NCBI GenBank assembly: GCA_028534125.1
Contig: CM052829.1
Span: 23,746,001 to 23,810,000 of the forward strand
DNA length: 64,000 nucleotides
Reading direction: 5' to 3'
Source: Lama glama
Lineage: Eukaryota
The position numbers were made by a program, and so were the translations under genes. Under the pieces are notes generated by a model. That model was not told the origin of the DNA. It was given only the letters and a program-made list of their open reading frames with translations, and did not search any database. Numbering within the stretch: the first letter of the stretch is position 1; each line of letters opens with the position of its first letter. Shown piece by piece: positions 1 through 12,929 of this stretch.

Positions 1-2009
1 CTTACATTTGTATATTTTTCCAAATACATGTTTATGTTGCTTCTACAGTCACAACAAAATAAAAGTAATGCTCACCAAAATAGATCATATATGCCTAGGT
101 CATATATTCAGTAAATTCTATTTCTATTTTAAAGCATTTGTTCTCCAGAATGAGTGAAATTTCCAGAACCGCATCAAACTATATTAAAGACCTCTATAAG
201 AGAACATTTAAGAATCTTTCAAAAATAATTTAGGCAAAAAAACCCTCCACCATCAAAATATCCACAGGACACAGTATTATTTCAGTGAAAAATTTTTTGA
301 TAATATTCTTGGACTCAAGTACTGATTTCAAAAAACCTACAGACTAAGGGTCACTTGAAGATATAGGGAAGATATCTTTACTCCTATCCTTAGATATTTT
401 CATCTATCATGTTATTTTGTGTTTGTTGATGGTTCAGGAATTCAGATATGTTTTCTGATGGGGGAAATTCAGAAGCTTGTGGTACAGAAGAGTGAGGGAA
501 GTTAAACAACAGCAGTCACTTATTCATAGATCACTAGATCAGTTACTCTCAGCTCTGCCCTCCATCTTCGATATAAGTACAATGATCTGATACTTTTATT
601 TTAGGGAGCGATTCTGTGCACAAACTGTTACCAGAGTGAATTTTTCATGCTTGTAAAGTTCACTCATTATTACAAGAGTAATTTTAAAAAATAAATTGAA
701 GTCAGATGATCAAAGCATTGATGCTTTAGACAATACACCAAGACAGAGAAATGGTTCCGTTACACAGGCCTCTTATAATTTATAAAATAAAATATCAACT
801 CAGAAAAATTCTCACTTAGTCCAAGATAATTATAATCTGCTCACTGTGAGGTTTTCAAAAACAGAATTTAAGTGAAAGATTTGGATATGAAGGAATGAGA
901 AATAGAGCACATTCCCTCAATAGTGATATGTAAATATGTAGTGTTAACTCAGGTTATGTTTTCCAAAGTTCACATGCTCACTGAGTGCAATTTATTATAT
1001 ACTAACTAACCAAAAAGTCGAGTTAAGTGGGCAAAAAATGAGATTCCAGGTGACACTACTGTGGTAGACTTTAATTAATGCATTAACGCTGTTCTTGGCA
1101 GTCTTTATTTAACAGACCCACTTCAAACATAGAATGAATTTGCCCTGGGAAACTTCTTTAAGAAGGGAGGATCCACAAAGCTGGGTTTCCCTCCTCGTGT
1201 TGTCTTGAGGCAAAGAGCATTAATCAGAAAGAAAAAAAAAGCAAACTTCTAATTTCTAACCATTTTAAAGTATTCTATGAACTCTTGTCCTTGATCCATT
1301 CATCATTTAATGGTACAAACTGTATGGCATAGACATTTTTATCTGTATGATTTTTGTCTGACAGTATTCTACATGAAATCGAAAGTATCCTTTAAAAGAC
1401 AACAGCAGAGTTAAGTGTGATGTAGACAATACTGTACGAGAAAAGTTCAGGCAATGTCATTGTTGAGAAGTCATTGATAAAAATATGAAATCTTAAATAG
1501 GAATTCTCCCTGGCTTAGTGCATGGAGCAGCACTGAAATACTAAATAATGATTTGTAATGAAATCCTAGATTGCTTTCTTGAGGTAAATTATAAGGAGGC
1601 TACTGATTATATTTACTAAGACAAAAACTAGCTAAGGCAACTAAACTCTTCTCTGCAAACACTCAAGCCCTTAAGAAAGCTGGAATTAGATCATTTTTGA
1701 CAACTCACTGAGGCATCTGTTAGGAAAAACTGGAAGAGCTAATGAGGTGATCTAATCACAATGTTATTATGAATAGAACTTATTCTGAATTGTTTGAATT
1801 AGTTGTTTTCTTTCAAATTTCATTTCTGTTATTATTGTTCCACATTATTAAAATTCAGCCATTCATATTTTCCTGAAGATCATTAATTAAAATAAAAACT
1901 AAAGAGATGGTATGAGGCTATGAGACAACAATGAACAGTAATTAATAGTTACTTGGATTTTTCCACCATTCTTACTGCCACACACGAATACACATTTTAC
2001 ATATATATC

Positions 2010-2094
2010 TCTCAACATTTTATATATATATATATTATTCTCATAATAATATATATATATCTCATAATAATATATATATTATTCTCATAATAAT
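2010..2094. repeat. Compound (TA)n / CTCATAATAAT tandem repeat
   Basis: CTCATAATAAT at 2040, 2061 and 2084, separated by (AT)n runs. Confidence 0.85.
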
Positions 2095-2240
2095 GCTTTG
2101 AGGGATTATTGTAACCAAAATAAAATGAATGGAAACTGAGTCACAGAATAGTTAGTGACTTCCTTGGGATCATAGCATAGGTGAATGTCAAAGCCAAGAC
2201 AAGATTTTGAGTTTCCTATCTTTCCCCAGGATTCTTCTCA
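2090..2240 (-). mobile_element. MIR SINE fragment
   Basis: GGAAACTGAGTCACAGAATAGTTAGTGACTT..ATCATAGC is the reverse MIR core. Confidence 0.7.
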
Positions 2241-2979
2241 TCAGTTTATGTACCTATGTTTTCTACAATCACTGACTATCTTATGTGAGTGACCATGGCC
2301 ACGGGAGCACGTTTCTCTGCCCCCTGCCACCCAGTGGGCAACCCTCTATCTTTGCTCTGAGGAGAAGAAAATGTGTGCCTGGTATCTTAAGTGAAGCAAA
2401 TATTTTCACAAACCCTGTTCTTTGTGTTGTTTACGGTCTATGTATTCTTTGCACTTGGATTTCATATCCTTGTGGGTTACACAGGCTTTGGTGGGCTGAC
2501 TGGAAGTCAAACTGTCATAAATAATACAGTGTCTAGGAAATGATTCTTTTCCAGTTCTAGACTTTTGTATCAAAACAAAAGTCTTTGTAAATTGTGTCTT
2601 CGCGAATTCGAAGTGTCATACTTTTGTGTGAAGGAAAATGTATAATAATGGCATGATTTAAAGCAACTGAGCTTTCGTTAGGGGCCACATATAACTGTGA
2701 CTGTGCTAAAAACATCTAAGAGTAAACATGGAGCAGCATATTTATACCACAGTTTCTTTACGCTACTCTCAAGTATGTATGGAAAATTCCTGTCATTGGG
2801 GTCCAAGCCGGAAGCCTCAGCCTTTACCACTAGGAATACATAAAGAGGCTTTCATGTCTACAGAGTCTTCTGAAGTATGAGCTCTGGCAAGGCTCCAATA
2901 ATATAGGCAGCACCATGTAAAACCCAGATGCATATGGGTTTGAATCATTTCCTGGCTCCTCCTCCTCTCCTGACCTCTG

Positions 2980-4057
2980 GATGCTGGTGGAAGGCTTAGT
3001 TCCCCACCCTCTTCCTATTTACATTATCTTCCTAGGTAATCTCATCCGGTGCCAAGGCTTTAAATAGTGTAGGTGTTGATACATCTAAGGTCAGTACTGA
3101 TCTCTCTCCTGAACACTGCATCTCAAAATTAATGCGTCCTGAACAGGACTCCTGAGTTCTTCCTGCATCCCTTTTCTCCAACCTCATCCTCCCTCAGTCG
3201 TCCCCATCTCATCAATGGTACCTAATGGTACCTGCAGTGATGCAAACTAAATCTAGAATTCATCAATTATTCTTTATTTCATTTAATTTATTTATATGTA
3301 TATATATATAATATACGTAGTACTTACTATTGAATTCAGTCCTAAGATGATCATGTCTGAACATTAACCATCACTCCTTCTCAATCCAAGCCACCCTCAC
3401 CTCTCCTCTCCTGCAGTAACTGAGGGCTGCCCATGACAGCTTCAATACCTCAGCCCGAACAATCCATTCTCTGCACAGGGGCCAGAGTGATCATTTTAAA
3501 TCAGATGGTATCTCTTCCCTGTCTACTTGGTTTTGGTGGCTTCCCATTCACTGTGAGAAAAGTAGAATTCAGACTACACCCTGTGAAGGTGCACGTGGTC
3601 CAGGTCCTGCCTACTTAGGCCCGTCATCTCCTTCCATCCTAGCATCTCGTTTTGCTCCTGCAGCACTGGCATTTCTGTCTTTCAAACAACGAAATGTTAT
3701 TTTCTTAGGGCTTCGCTCTTGCTCTTTTCTCTACTTGGATTACTCTTCTTCCAGGTCTTTGCATGGCTGCATTCATCTCATTATCTCAGACACAGACAAG
3801 ACCCACTGACCTCCCAATTACACATCCTCATCTCTACTGCAAGCAACCAGCTGTCTCACTACCCTGCTTTAGTTTCTTCACAGCATTTAGGAATATCTGA
3901 AATGATCTGTCTTATCTACATGTTTACGTGTTAACTGTCAGGCTTCTCTCCCTAGAATGGAGCTCCATGGACATGGGGACTCTGTCGTTTCTGTTTTTAT
4001 ATCCCCAGTCCCTGTACCACATCCGGCCCCCAAATACTTGACGGTAGAATGAATGAA
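2980..4057 (+). mobile_element. L2 LINE 3' region
   Basis: Pyrimidine-rich with L2 hallmarks (GCCAGAGTGATCATTTTAAA, TGGCTTCCCATT, CTAGAATGGAGCTCCATGG), ending in GAATGAATGAA. Confidence 0.8.
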
Positions 4058-4260
4058 CCCTGGCTCTCTCATTTAAAACCAGTGACGTTAGGCTAATTAT
4101 TAATCTATGAGAGTCTGAGTTTGCACGTAAAAAAGGGACAATTATACCTATATATATACTCCAATATAAATAAGAGATTTTTCTGAGGATATTTGAGAGA
4201 TTTAGGCAGAAATTAGAAATTTTCTTAAGACTACAGTGCTCATGAATATGACATACTAAA
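4058..4260 (+). mobile_element. Degenerate MIR fragment
   Basis: GTGACGTTAGGCTAATTATTAATCT..TGAGTTTGCACGTAAAAAAGGGACAATTATACC resembles the MIR core. Confidence 0.5.
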
Positions 4261-6759
4261 ATTGGGGGCTGATTAATAGTTTGTTATATGTGCACATCAT
4301 ATGTTTCACACCAAAAGAAGTCTATACCTATCCCAATTCTAAGCTCTAACATAATTACTTGTAATTCTAGATTCTCTTAATCAAATTACTAACATTAAGT
4401 ACCAATTATCATCTGGCTATATACTTCCATTTGTGTCATGCAGATATACCCAGATATATAGATGTTTCTAGCTGTATCTGTATCTATATTTATATATCTA
4501 TCTATACTTACATGGACACATACGTATGTGCATAACCTTGTATCATCTGATTATTTCTGTGAGGCTCTCATAATTAAAAAAAATAATTGAGCCAGCATAC
4601 TTAAGGCATGTAGGCCAAACTAAACAAGAGAAAAATATAAAATATTTGTCCTAAAATTCAATTTCAGTTAGGCATGTGTGAGAATTCACTTGGGTTGAAT
4701 ACTGGACGGGGACGGTTCTGAGGCTGCCTGTGCACAATGGGGAAGTCAGAGAAGCCCCATCTTCTGGGTGTTCATGGAAACCCCTCAACCAATATGCTTT
4801 GTCAGATCTATCTTTTGATAGAGAAGCCTCAGCTATGTGGAATGTGAAACTCACCCTAGTCATACCAAAAAACTTCTCCAAGCCTGAAACTCTAATTAAA
4901 AAAAAAAAAAAAAAGAAAGAAAGAAAAGGCTATGATATCTGACTCTGGCTTGGAAATACTGATAGAATTTTAAGGCTGCTTCATAGCCAGAAAGTAACTG
5001 AAGTCGTCTTGCTTACTCAAGATTGCATGAATAACGTAAATGTGGGTCAGAATTCCCAGGTTTATACATTTTTTTAAAATTTAAATTCAACACATTAAAC
5101 TACCTTAAAAATTTATTTATGGATTCCTTTTTGATGTCTTTAAGGAAGAGACTAAATATTTGTGTTAAAAATGGGACAAATTACTCATGTACCTTTTCAT
5201 AAGAATTTGCAATTTAAAATTGCGAAAGTGCTATTTAGTAACTTGATAGTTTGTAATAACTCTTTGTTATTACTCTATAATGTGCTAAAGCTAAAAATAT
5301 ATTCTTAGTTTAAAAACTTATAAACTAACAGATAATACTTAGTCTTTGGGCTTAAATATTAAGTCAATTTTCCCTCTTTTCTATTACCTGTAGTATATGA
5401 TATTATCAATTCAAAATAGTAACATTTTATAAAATGTACACATATTAATATGTTTTAAATTTAATATACATTAGCATACATTTAATAACATATTTGAAAA
5501 TTATTGAACATTGATACTTTTTAAATTCCAATTTTTTCACTTCTATTTTGAAAAGAAAAATGACACTTTAAAAAAAAATAAGAAATATACTTCTTTTTAA
5601 ACAGAAAATCAGTAAAGCAGATATTTCAAGCATATTTTTCTTAACTGTTTACTGGTTTTTCCTCTAAAAATATATTTTTCAAGCTACTTCTAAATTGCTT
5701 ATAAATAATTAATGATTGGACTCTAGGTGAAGGGTTAGGCATACTTGGCACTTAATAGCTATAATTTCAAGTTCACCTGTACTCCAAAGATAACCCAGCA
5801 CTGGAAAAACGTGCATAAAGTAGTACTAGCAAAACACAAACACCCTAGAAAAGCCAACAAACTGCCAGAGGCAACAGACAAATATGGAACAGCAAAAACC
5901 TGGTTTTATATAACTAGACCAGAATTTGACTATAGTGTACCTACACTTAATCCCGGGAACAGTATTTTGTTTGCAGCTATTTAAATAATCATTTCACAGG
6001 ACGTAGCTAGTGTACTGAAAATAAAATTTTTTTGAGTCTTTACAACACATATGGACTAACACATAATGTCTCATTCAGAGATACTAAATTTGTTTGCATG
6101 GAACTATAAAATGTGAAACAATTTGGATAGTGAAAAAAGTTGCTAATGGCCTATTGTAGCTAATTAATATCAGCTACTTCATGAGATAACATTAATGTCC
6201 ATGCATAAAAGCCATAAATCAAGACTTAAATGATGTATTTTGGTAGCTATCCTTGATTGGAAATATGAGGTGCAGATGAAAAATTATCTATTAGAAATAG
6301 ATTTTTTTAGGATATCAGCATTCTCCAGAAAAATAGTGTTTTCACAGTACTTCTGGCAAATAATAATTATAAAATAAGGTAATTACATTGACGCAATTGT
6401 AATTCTTTTTGTTTTTAAATTTTATGTAATGGTTATAATGCCCATAGTGAAATATGGGAGGTTTACACATACTAATTTTTAACTACTTAGTTCATGATTT
6501 TGATGACAAACTTCCCGTTTTAAAATTTATTTCAGAAACAAGTGAAAAAACAGTAAAATTTTTTAAAAACTGAGAATTTACTTCTGTTGTGTACTGAAGT
6601 CTTTTAACGCCATATATATTATCCTTAATACTTCCTCCTTTCTCTCTTTCCTTTAATGAAAACAGTGAAAGGAAAAAGGAGTTGCACAGTACTTATTATG
6701 TGCTAGCAACTGTTTTAAACATATTATATACATTAATTCAACACAAAATCAGATTAAGA

Positions 6760-9700
6760 CAATCAAAACTAGTGCCACTAGTAACGTGGCAGAAGCAAAT
6801 ATAAATCCTATTTGGAGAAAGATAGTATCACGCTAGGCCTCAAGTTATCTCCATACTTTTTATATACAATGTCCAGTTCTCCATCAAAAATAACCAAGCA
6901 GATGAAAGGCAAGACAATTTGATCCAACCAGGAGCACCAGCAGACAATAAATATAAACACTCAAAAGACATAAATAATATAATTACAAGGACTTTAAAAT
7001 AATATGTATAATATATACAAGGACAGCACAGATGAGATTGAGGATTTTGTCAGAGATCTAGAAACTACAAAAAAAATTCTCATTCTTACACTGAAAAATA
7101 CTATCATATAATAAAAATACATAACATGATGAAAATATAATAATAAATACAAAGAAAACCACACCTAAACAATCATGGTAAAACTACTGGAAATTGAAAA
7201 TAAAAAGAATTACAGTCAAAAAAAAAAAAAAAAGGACAGACTGCTTTTAAAAGACTGTTTTCTGACATTAACAGAAACAATGAGTTATAAGACAATGAAA
7301 TAATGTCATAAAGTGGGGAAATAAAATTACCAATCTAGAATTTTGCTCCTAGGAAAAGTGCATGTAAGAAAAAAATGGTAAAATACACTTCAGACCAAAA
7401 ACAAAACAAAACAAAACAAAAACTGAACCAAATTATCACTATACTAAAGGAAATCCTATATGTAATCTCAGAAATGCAGGAAGGAGTGAAGAATATACAT
7501 GACGGTATGAAACCATAATAACAATAATTATTGTGGGACTCAAATTATATAAAATTAAACACCTAAAAATAGCATATAATTCAGAAGAGGTACAAAAGTA
7601 GTTAAGGCATTCGTTCTAAGCTTTTCAAATTTCCCACAAAGTGATAATTTGCACTGTACTTTGATTAGGTCAAATATGCATCCTGTAACCTTAAGAGTAA
7701 CCAGTAAAATAGTGTAAACAAATGTAAAAACAACAAGCTAATAGGAAAAGCGCGATGTAACAACAAATATACTGAATCCAAAAGATGGCAAGCAGAGATA
7801 AAAAGAAATATAGAACAGGAAGTGTGAACAGTGTAGTAAGTCAGCATATTTAAACTCAAATATATCATTATTATATTAAATATAACAAGACTAAATGTTC
7901 CACTGAAAAGACAAACATCAGACTGAATGATAAAACAAGATTTACTTAACTGTTGCTTATAAGAGATACAGCTACAACACGAACACACAGAAAATTAAAA
8001 ACTAAAGGAATGCGAGATGTTAAGCTACACAGACACTAACTATTAGAAATCAGGTACAGATTTCAGTGTTAGTCAAAGCAGAATTGAAGGCAAAAGCATT
8101 AAGAGAGGAGAAAAAAGGATGTTTTATTATGAGAAAAGTTTCAATTCACCAGGAAGATATATACAGTTCTAAATTTGCATCTATTTGTCAACCTTTTTTC
8201 CATTATCATCCCATCTCCTTAAAGACCCTTTCAGATTTGTTTTTCCTAATTGCCTTCCCAAGAAATTTTAATACCATATACACTGTACATCTGTTTATGT
8301 ACTGAGTCTCTTTGGAGGGCCATAGACCATTGTGATATGTACTGATTTTTTTTTTTTGCTTCCTAAAAACCAGTTATTACCCTTACTGTGAAGGTATAGT
8401 CTAACAGAACAGCACTGAAATATTAGTTTATTAGTTTAAATCATATAAAATGCAGATATTCAACTATTTTGATCTTTAAAAGTGGCAGACTATTAGCACA
8501 ATACATAAGGTAAAAAGATGGCAGCACTAAAAGAATAAACAGACAAGTCCACAATTACATGGGCTCTGTTAGCATGACGTTTTCAGTAACTAATAGAAGC
8601 AGAAGAAAGAACTCAGTGAAGATATAGATTTGAATAACATGATAAACAGGTTTTCTTACTGACATACATAGAGCACTGTATCTAATAACAACAGAATCCA
8701 CATTCATTTGAAGTGCATGTGAAACACTTACAAAGCTGACCATATACTGAATCATATATATAAGCTACAACAATTTTCAAAGATCTCAATCATATACTGT
8801 ATGATCTATGACCACAGTAGAATTATACTAGACAACAATGACAAAAAGATATCCAGAAATTCCAATATGTTTGAAAATTAATAAATGCGCTTCTAAATAA
8901 TCTATGGGCTCAAAAAGAAATTGCAACTGAAATTATTCAGAGGTACCTGACAATAGAAACACTAAATTTGGGGATGCAACTTCAGTTATTAGAGGAAAAT
9001 TTATTGGTTTAAATGTATATATTCAAAAAGAAGAAAAACTGAAAAGTAGTGAGCCAAAAAAAAAAAAAAAACACACCCTGGAGAAAACAGAAAAAAAAAA
9101 AAATCCCTCAGAAAATAAACCTAAAGAAAGAAGAAAAAAAGGCAATAATAAAGGACTAAAATTAATAAAAGTAGATAATAAATATACATAAATGAAGATA
9201 AATAAATAAAATACATATAAAAATATTAAAAATATTTTTAAAATTTAAAAATATTAAAATTTTTCAAAATAAAAATAAATTAAAAATAAAGAGGATTTAA
9301 AAAATCAAAAGGTATTTACTTAAAATAGCTAATAAAATTAATAATTTTCCTGGCAAAACTGCTAGCAAAAATAATAAAAACAGAAATGACACAACAAACC
9401 AACAGCAAGAATAAAAAGTTAGACTAATATTAAAGCAGAGCATTATGAACAACTTCATGTTAATTATAAAATTTCAATACAATAGATGACCTAATATATA
9501 AATGACTTGTTTATAGACATTTCACAAAAAGGATATGTACATGGCCAATATACATGTGCAAAATTGCTCAAACTCATCAATAGTCAGGAAAATGCAAATT
9601 AAAACCATGATAAGCTATCACTACACACCTACTAAATGTTAATATGTAAGGCTAGTGAAGAAAGGAGCTATCCTACATTGTTGGTAGGAGTGTAAATTAT

Positions 9701-10177
9701 TTTAATCACCTTGAGTAGTTTTGAATTTTCTACTGAAGTAAAATAAACATTCTCTGTGGCCCAGCAACTAATTCCTAGGTACATGTGCAACAGAAATACA
9801 TGCACAGGTGTATCAAATACAGGTATAAGAATACGCAAGCCACTATGAGTCATAATATTAAAAACTAGACAGAACTCAAATGTTTTTTCACAGTAGAGTG
9901 GGCGAATAAATTGCTGTATAATTAAACTCTATGCAATAATGAAAATAAAATACAGCCAAATGCAACAATCCAATAAGCCTCACAGTATAACAGTGAATGA
10001 AAGACTGGAGGAGGCATGATGTGATTTCTCAGGTGGCAATACTATAATAATGTTTTATTTCTTGGCTTGGGTAATGGTTACACAGTAGTCCATTTATAAT
10101 TAGTGAACCATTCTGTACATTTATATGTTGAGTATTTCTCTGTATGTGTGCCATAGCTTAGAAAGAAAATAAAAAAC
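6760..10177 (+). mobile_element. Ancient, internally deleted L1 (L1M/L1ME-like): 5'/ORF1 remnants, ORF2 endonuclease remnant and 3' end
   Basis: A-rich strand. About 7860-7980 is a decayed endonuclease start (ITLNVNGL..QD..CCLQETH-like). About 9515-9640 matches the ORF2 C-terminus (GACATTTCAC..AAATGCAAATTAAAACCA). An old-type 3'UTR ends in an A-rich tail near 10177. Confidence 0.8.
8187..8395 (-). mobile_element. Non-autonomous hAT-Charlie DNA transposon (MER105-like) nested in the L1
   Basis: Composition switches inside the L1. GAAATTTTAATACCA..CTGTTTATGTACTG..CTTTGGAGGGCCA..ACCATTGT matches the recalled MER105-type consensus in reverse. The exact family name is uncertain. Confidence 0.6.
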
Positions 10178-10289
10178 TGTATTTCTCTTAAGTGTTTAAA
10201 GCACCCAACAGTACTATAGACACAATGGTTATAACTCCATGAAACAATTTTCATAACTTGTATGCAAGTAATACAGTTGATACATACAT

Positions 10290-10510
10290 GATGTTTATTA
10301 CTATCTTTCATACGCTGTTCTAAGATCTTTACAAATGCAACTCATTTGATCTTCTCAAAAACTGTATGAGGTAGTTATTATAAACACCTTCATCTTTTAA
10401 GTAGAGTGTGGTACAGAGAGATTAACTGGCTCAGGATCATAGAGCTAATAAGTGAACCACAGTGGATGGCGCCAGATTCCACACTGTTCGCCGTTAAAAC
10501 ACACTGCCTC
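10290..10510 (-). mobile_element. MIR SINE
   Basis: CTGTTCTAAG..ACTCATTTGATCTTCTCAAAACTGTATGAGGTAG..CAGAGAGATTAAC..GATCATAGAGCTAATAAGTG is reverse MIR. Confidence 0.75.
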
Positions 10511-10784
10511 TCAGAACAAAACTTCTGAAGTTGAAAAATGTCAGATTCATCCACTGTGAATGAATTTAAAATGGAATAATGTTTCCTCTGTATGTTGGAA
10601 CCATCTGTAAATAAATACATTGAATAGCCTGCTTTAACATTTCAATGCAAATATTTTTATGTTTTGTATAATAATTTAAGAAGTCTTTTTAAAACTCATG
10701 CTTAGAATGATCAAAGATAGATTTAAACATAATGCATTTGAACCATATAAAAATTTAAAAAACTGTCATTTAAAAAACTGTTGT

Positions 10785-10910
10785 TGAATTCTGACTCTAT
10801 TAGTTGTAACTTCTGTGAGCCTCAATTTTCTTGCCATTAAAATGGGCATAATGAATCCTTTCCTAACAGGCATGTTCCAAGAAAGAAGTGATACGACATT
10901 TGTGCTGTGA
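10785..10910 (+). mobile_element. MIR fragment
   Basis: AACTTCTGTGAGCCTCAATTTTCTT..TAAAATGGGCATAAT is the MIR core. Confidence 0.7.
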
Positions 10911-11600
10911 ACTAAGCAATTAATTACATACAAAAGCCAATACATCTGTGTGCGCAGTAAGTAAATCCTAGAAACTTTAGAACATAAAGCTACCTCATTT
11001 TAAGTTCACATTTAAGAGATTTAAAAGTCAAAACTGCTATACAACTTGCCAAAAGTATTACCCTTAGTAAGGCTAGCGTCTGGAACTTGACTCAGGGATT
11101 TAGGTTAGAAGGTCAGTGTTCCTTGAGGGAAGTTTGATCCTCGTTTTCTTCTTCCTGCTTTCCCTTCTCTCCCTCCACATAAAATGTGCAAACTGAAGTT
11201 TTCAAAATTATGTATTATTGTCAGTTAGTTCAATAAGTACATCTGACTTATTTTTAAAAGAGTTACATTAAAGGAGACATACTTTAAATAGGCTATGTTC
11301 TCCAACTGACTGTTTTTGGCACGAATACCATTAAAAAGTTTCTATATACATTTGTCTTCAAGTGTGAGAAGGGTCTTGCCCTCAATCTTTCTCATGCACT
11401 CACACACAGGCACTGAGAAGCAACGTATAAATGAGAAAGAGGACAGTACTCCTCAATTATTTTATTATTAGTCATTGGATTATTTTTAAATGATTAAGAA
11501 TTTTTTAAATAATTAAAAAGGATTTATAGAAAAAGGTTAGTATGTCATTCAAAACTCTGTTCATACAAATTCCTGTTTTGTGTTTAGCCCTTTTATTTTT

Positions 11601-11657
11601 AAGTTTTTTAACTGAAGTATTGTCAATTTACAATATTGTATTAATTTCTGATGTACT
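11601..11657 (-). mobile_element. Very short L1 3'-end insertion (about 60 bp)
   Basis: TTTTTTAACTGAAGTATTGTCAATTTACAATATTGTATTAATTTCTGATGTAC is the reverse complement of the L1 terminus seen at ~53759-53800. It is flanked by CCCTTTTATTTT (11588) and CCCTTTTGTTTT (11658). Confidence 0.7.
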
Positions 11658-11802
11658 CCCTTTTGTTTTAACTTAAAGATTGTTCTTTACTCCAGACAAC
11701 AAGAGGTCTAGAAAAAAAGAAAATAAAAATTACTAAATAATTAAAATAACAAATGTTTAATTTTCCAAATCAAACTGAAAACTAAATTGAAATTTTCTTT
11801 AC

Positions 11803-12058
11803 CTGATTGAAAAAGCAAGAATACTAATCTGAAAGACATGGAAATATACTGTATTCCATCCCATGGAAAACAACTTTTTTTCTTAAATTTAATGACCTTT
11901 TCTAAATCGAGGCATTCTTTAGACCTCTGCATTACTGCAGCATCTCCTCTTATGAGAATGCGTCTACACTTTTGTGAATGACTGAGTTCTTTCATCTGAC
12001 TGGACACAGCTGGCAAGTGGCATAATGGGAAAGGGAAATGAAAGGCTTTTTTTTTCTC
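11803..12058 (-). other. Candidate internal exon (256 nt) of an unidentified minus-strand transcript; one frame fully open
   Basis: Acceptor TTTCTTGGTTTTCCAG|G (AG at 12060-12059) and donor CAG|GTAAAG (GT at 11802-11801). Open frame EKKKAFHF...MKELSHSQK...MSFRLVFLLFQS. No repeat recognised and the protein is not recognised. Confidence 0.45.
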
Positions 12059-12439
12059 CTGGAAAACCAAGAAACGTATAAATCATATTCAAACTGAAGC
12101 ACTAGTTGCTTACATTACTGTACAAACTACACATCTTAATACAAAGTGTTCTCTACTGTTTTATGAATAAATGATATTATAGCATATTTTAATTTAAAAA
12201 GTCTATCTATGATGTGTGGTTTCCCTAAACACAATTTGAATAAATGTAAATTTGGCATATTTAATTAATTTGAAAAAGTAAACCAAATCGACCAATTCTA
12301 AAACAGAAAATTTAGTTAAAGTGATCAAACCAAAAAAATACATAAGAGTAAAATACGTACACTCAAGTTTACGGAGAAAGGTCCCAAATAGTTGGACAAG
12401 CAACAGATCAGAAAAGTTTTGTTATGAAAACTCTGAAGC

Positions 12440-12610
12440 ACATAGGAAAGCCGGAAGGAACTTCAAGCTTGACTAAACCTCTTGTTTTGTTCAGGAGGAA
12501 ATGGGAGCCCTGAGCAATGATTGGCTTAAAGTTACTGAAGCAGGAGAGATGCGCTCCCTATCTCCTCACTTCAGGACTCTTACTTCCAGGTCGTGCTGTG
12601 CTCCCCAGCT
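12440..12610 (-). mobile_element. MIR/MIR3 fragment
   Basis: GAAGGAACTT..AACCTCTTGTTTTGTTCAGGAGGAAATGGGAGCCCTGAGCAATGATTGGCTTAAAGTTAC is a reverse MIR core. Confidence 0.5.
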
Positions 12611-12929
12611 GTGTCAAAGGCACGTGGGAGAAATTTAATAGGATTGAAGGAAGAGCTAATAAAGCAATTAAAAAAACAGAACTCCTTCTTTTACTTTCTA
12701 ATTTTTTCCTCAACTTTAAATATCATGTAATAATAAATATCTATAATTCTTTTCCATTGTGCATGTAGTAAATTTATGGGGAGAAAAGTTGAAGAATTCT
12801 AAAGTATATATATGATGATAGTTGTTCCTGTCCCGTGCTCAAAGTTCTCCTCCCAGAGCCTGGACAAGACTTGCTTTTTATTTGAATTTCCAGAACTTTT
12901 ATGTCAGTGTGCTTAAATGTGTGTAAGTA

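Noticed and set aside
3214-3233. AATGGTACCT tandem duplication (similar 15-bp duplication at 22816-22845)
   Set aside because: Ordinary slippage micro-duplications inside L2 repeats.
9160-9310. AT-only quasi-palindromic tract as a structured element
   Set aside because: Low-complexity expansion inside a decayed L1; symmetry is expected from two-letter composition.
7665-10311. Hydrophobic membrane-protein-like ORFs on the minus strand
   Set aside because: They are antisense translations of A-rich L1 sequence, or AT-rich chance ORFs.
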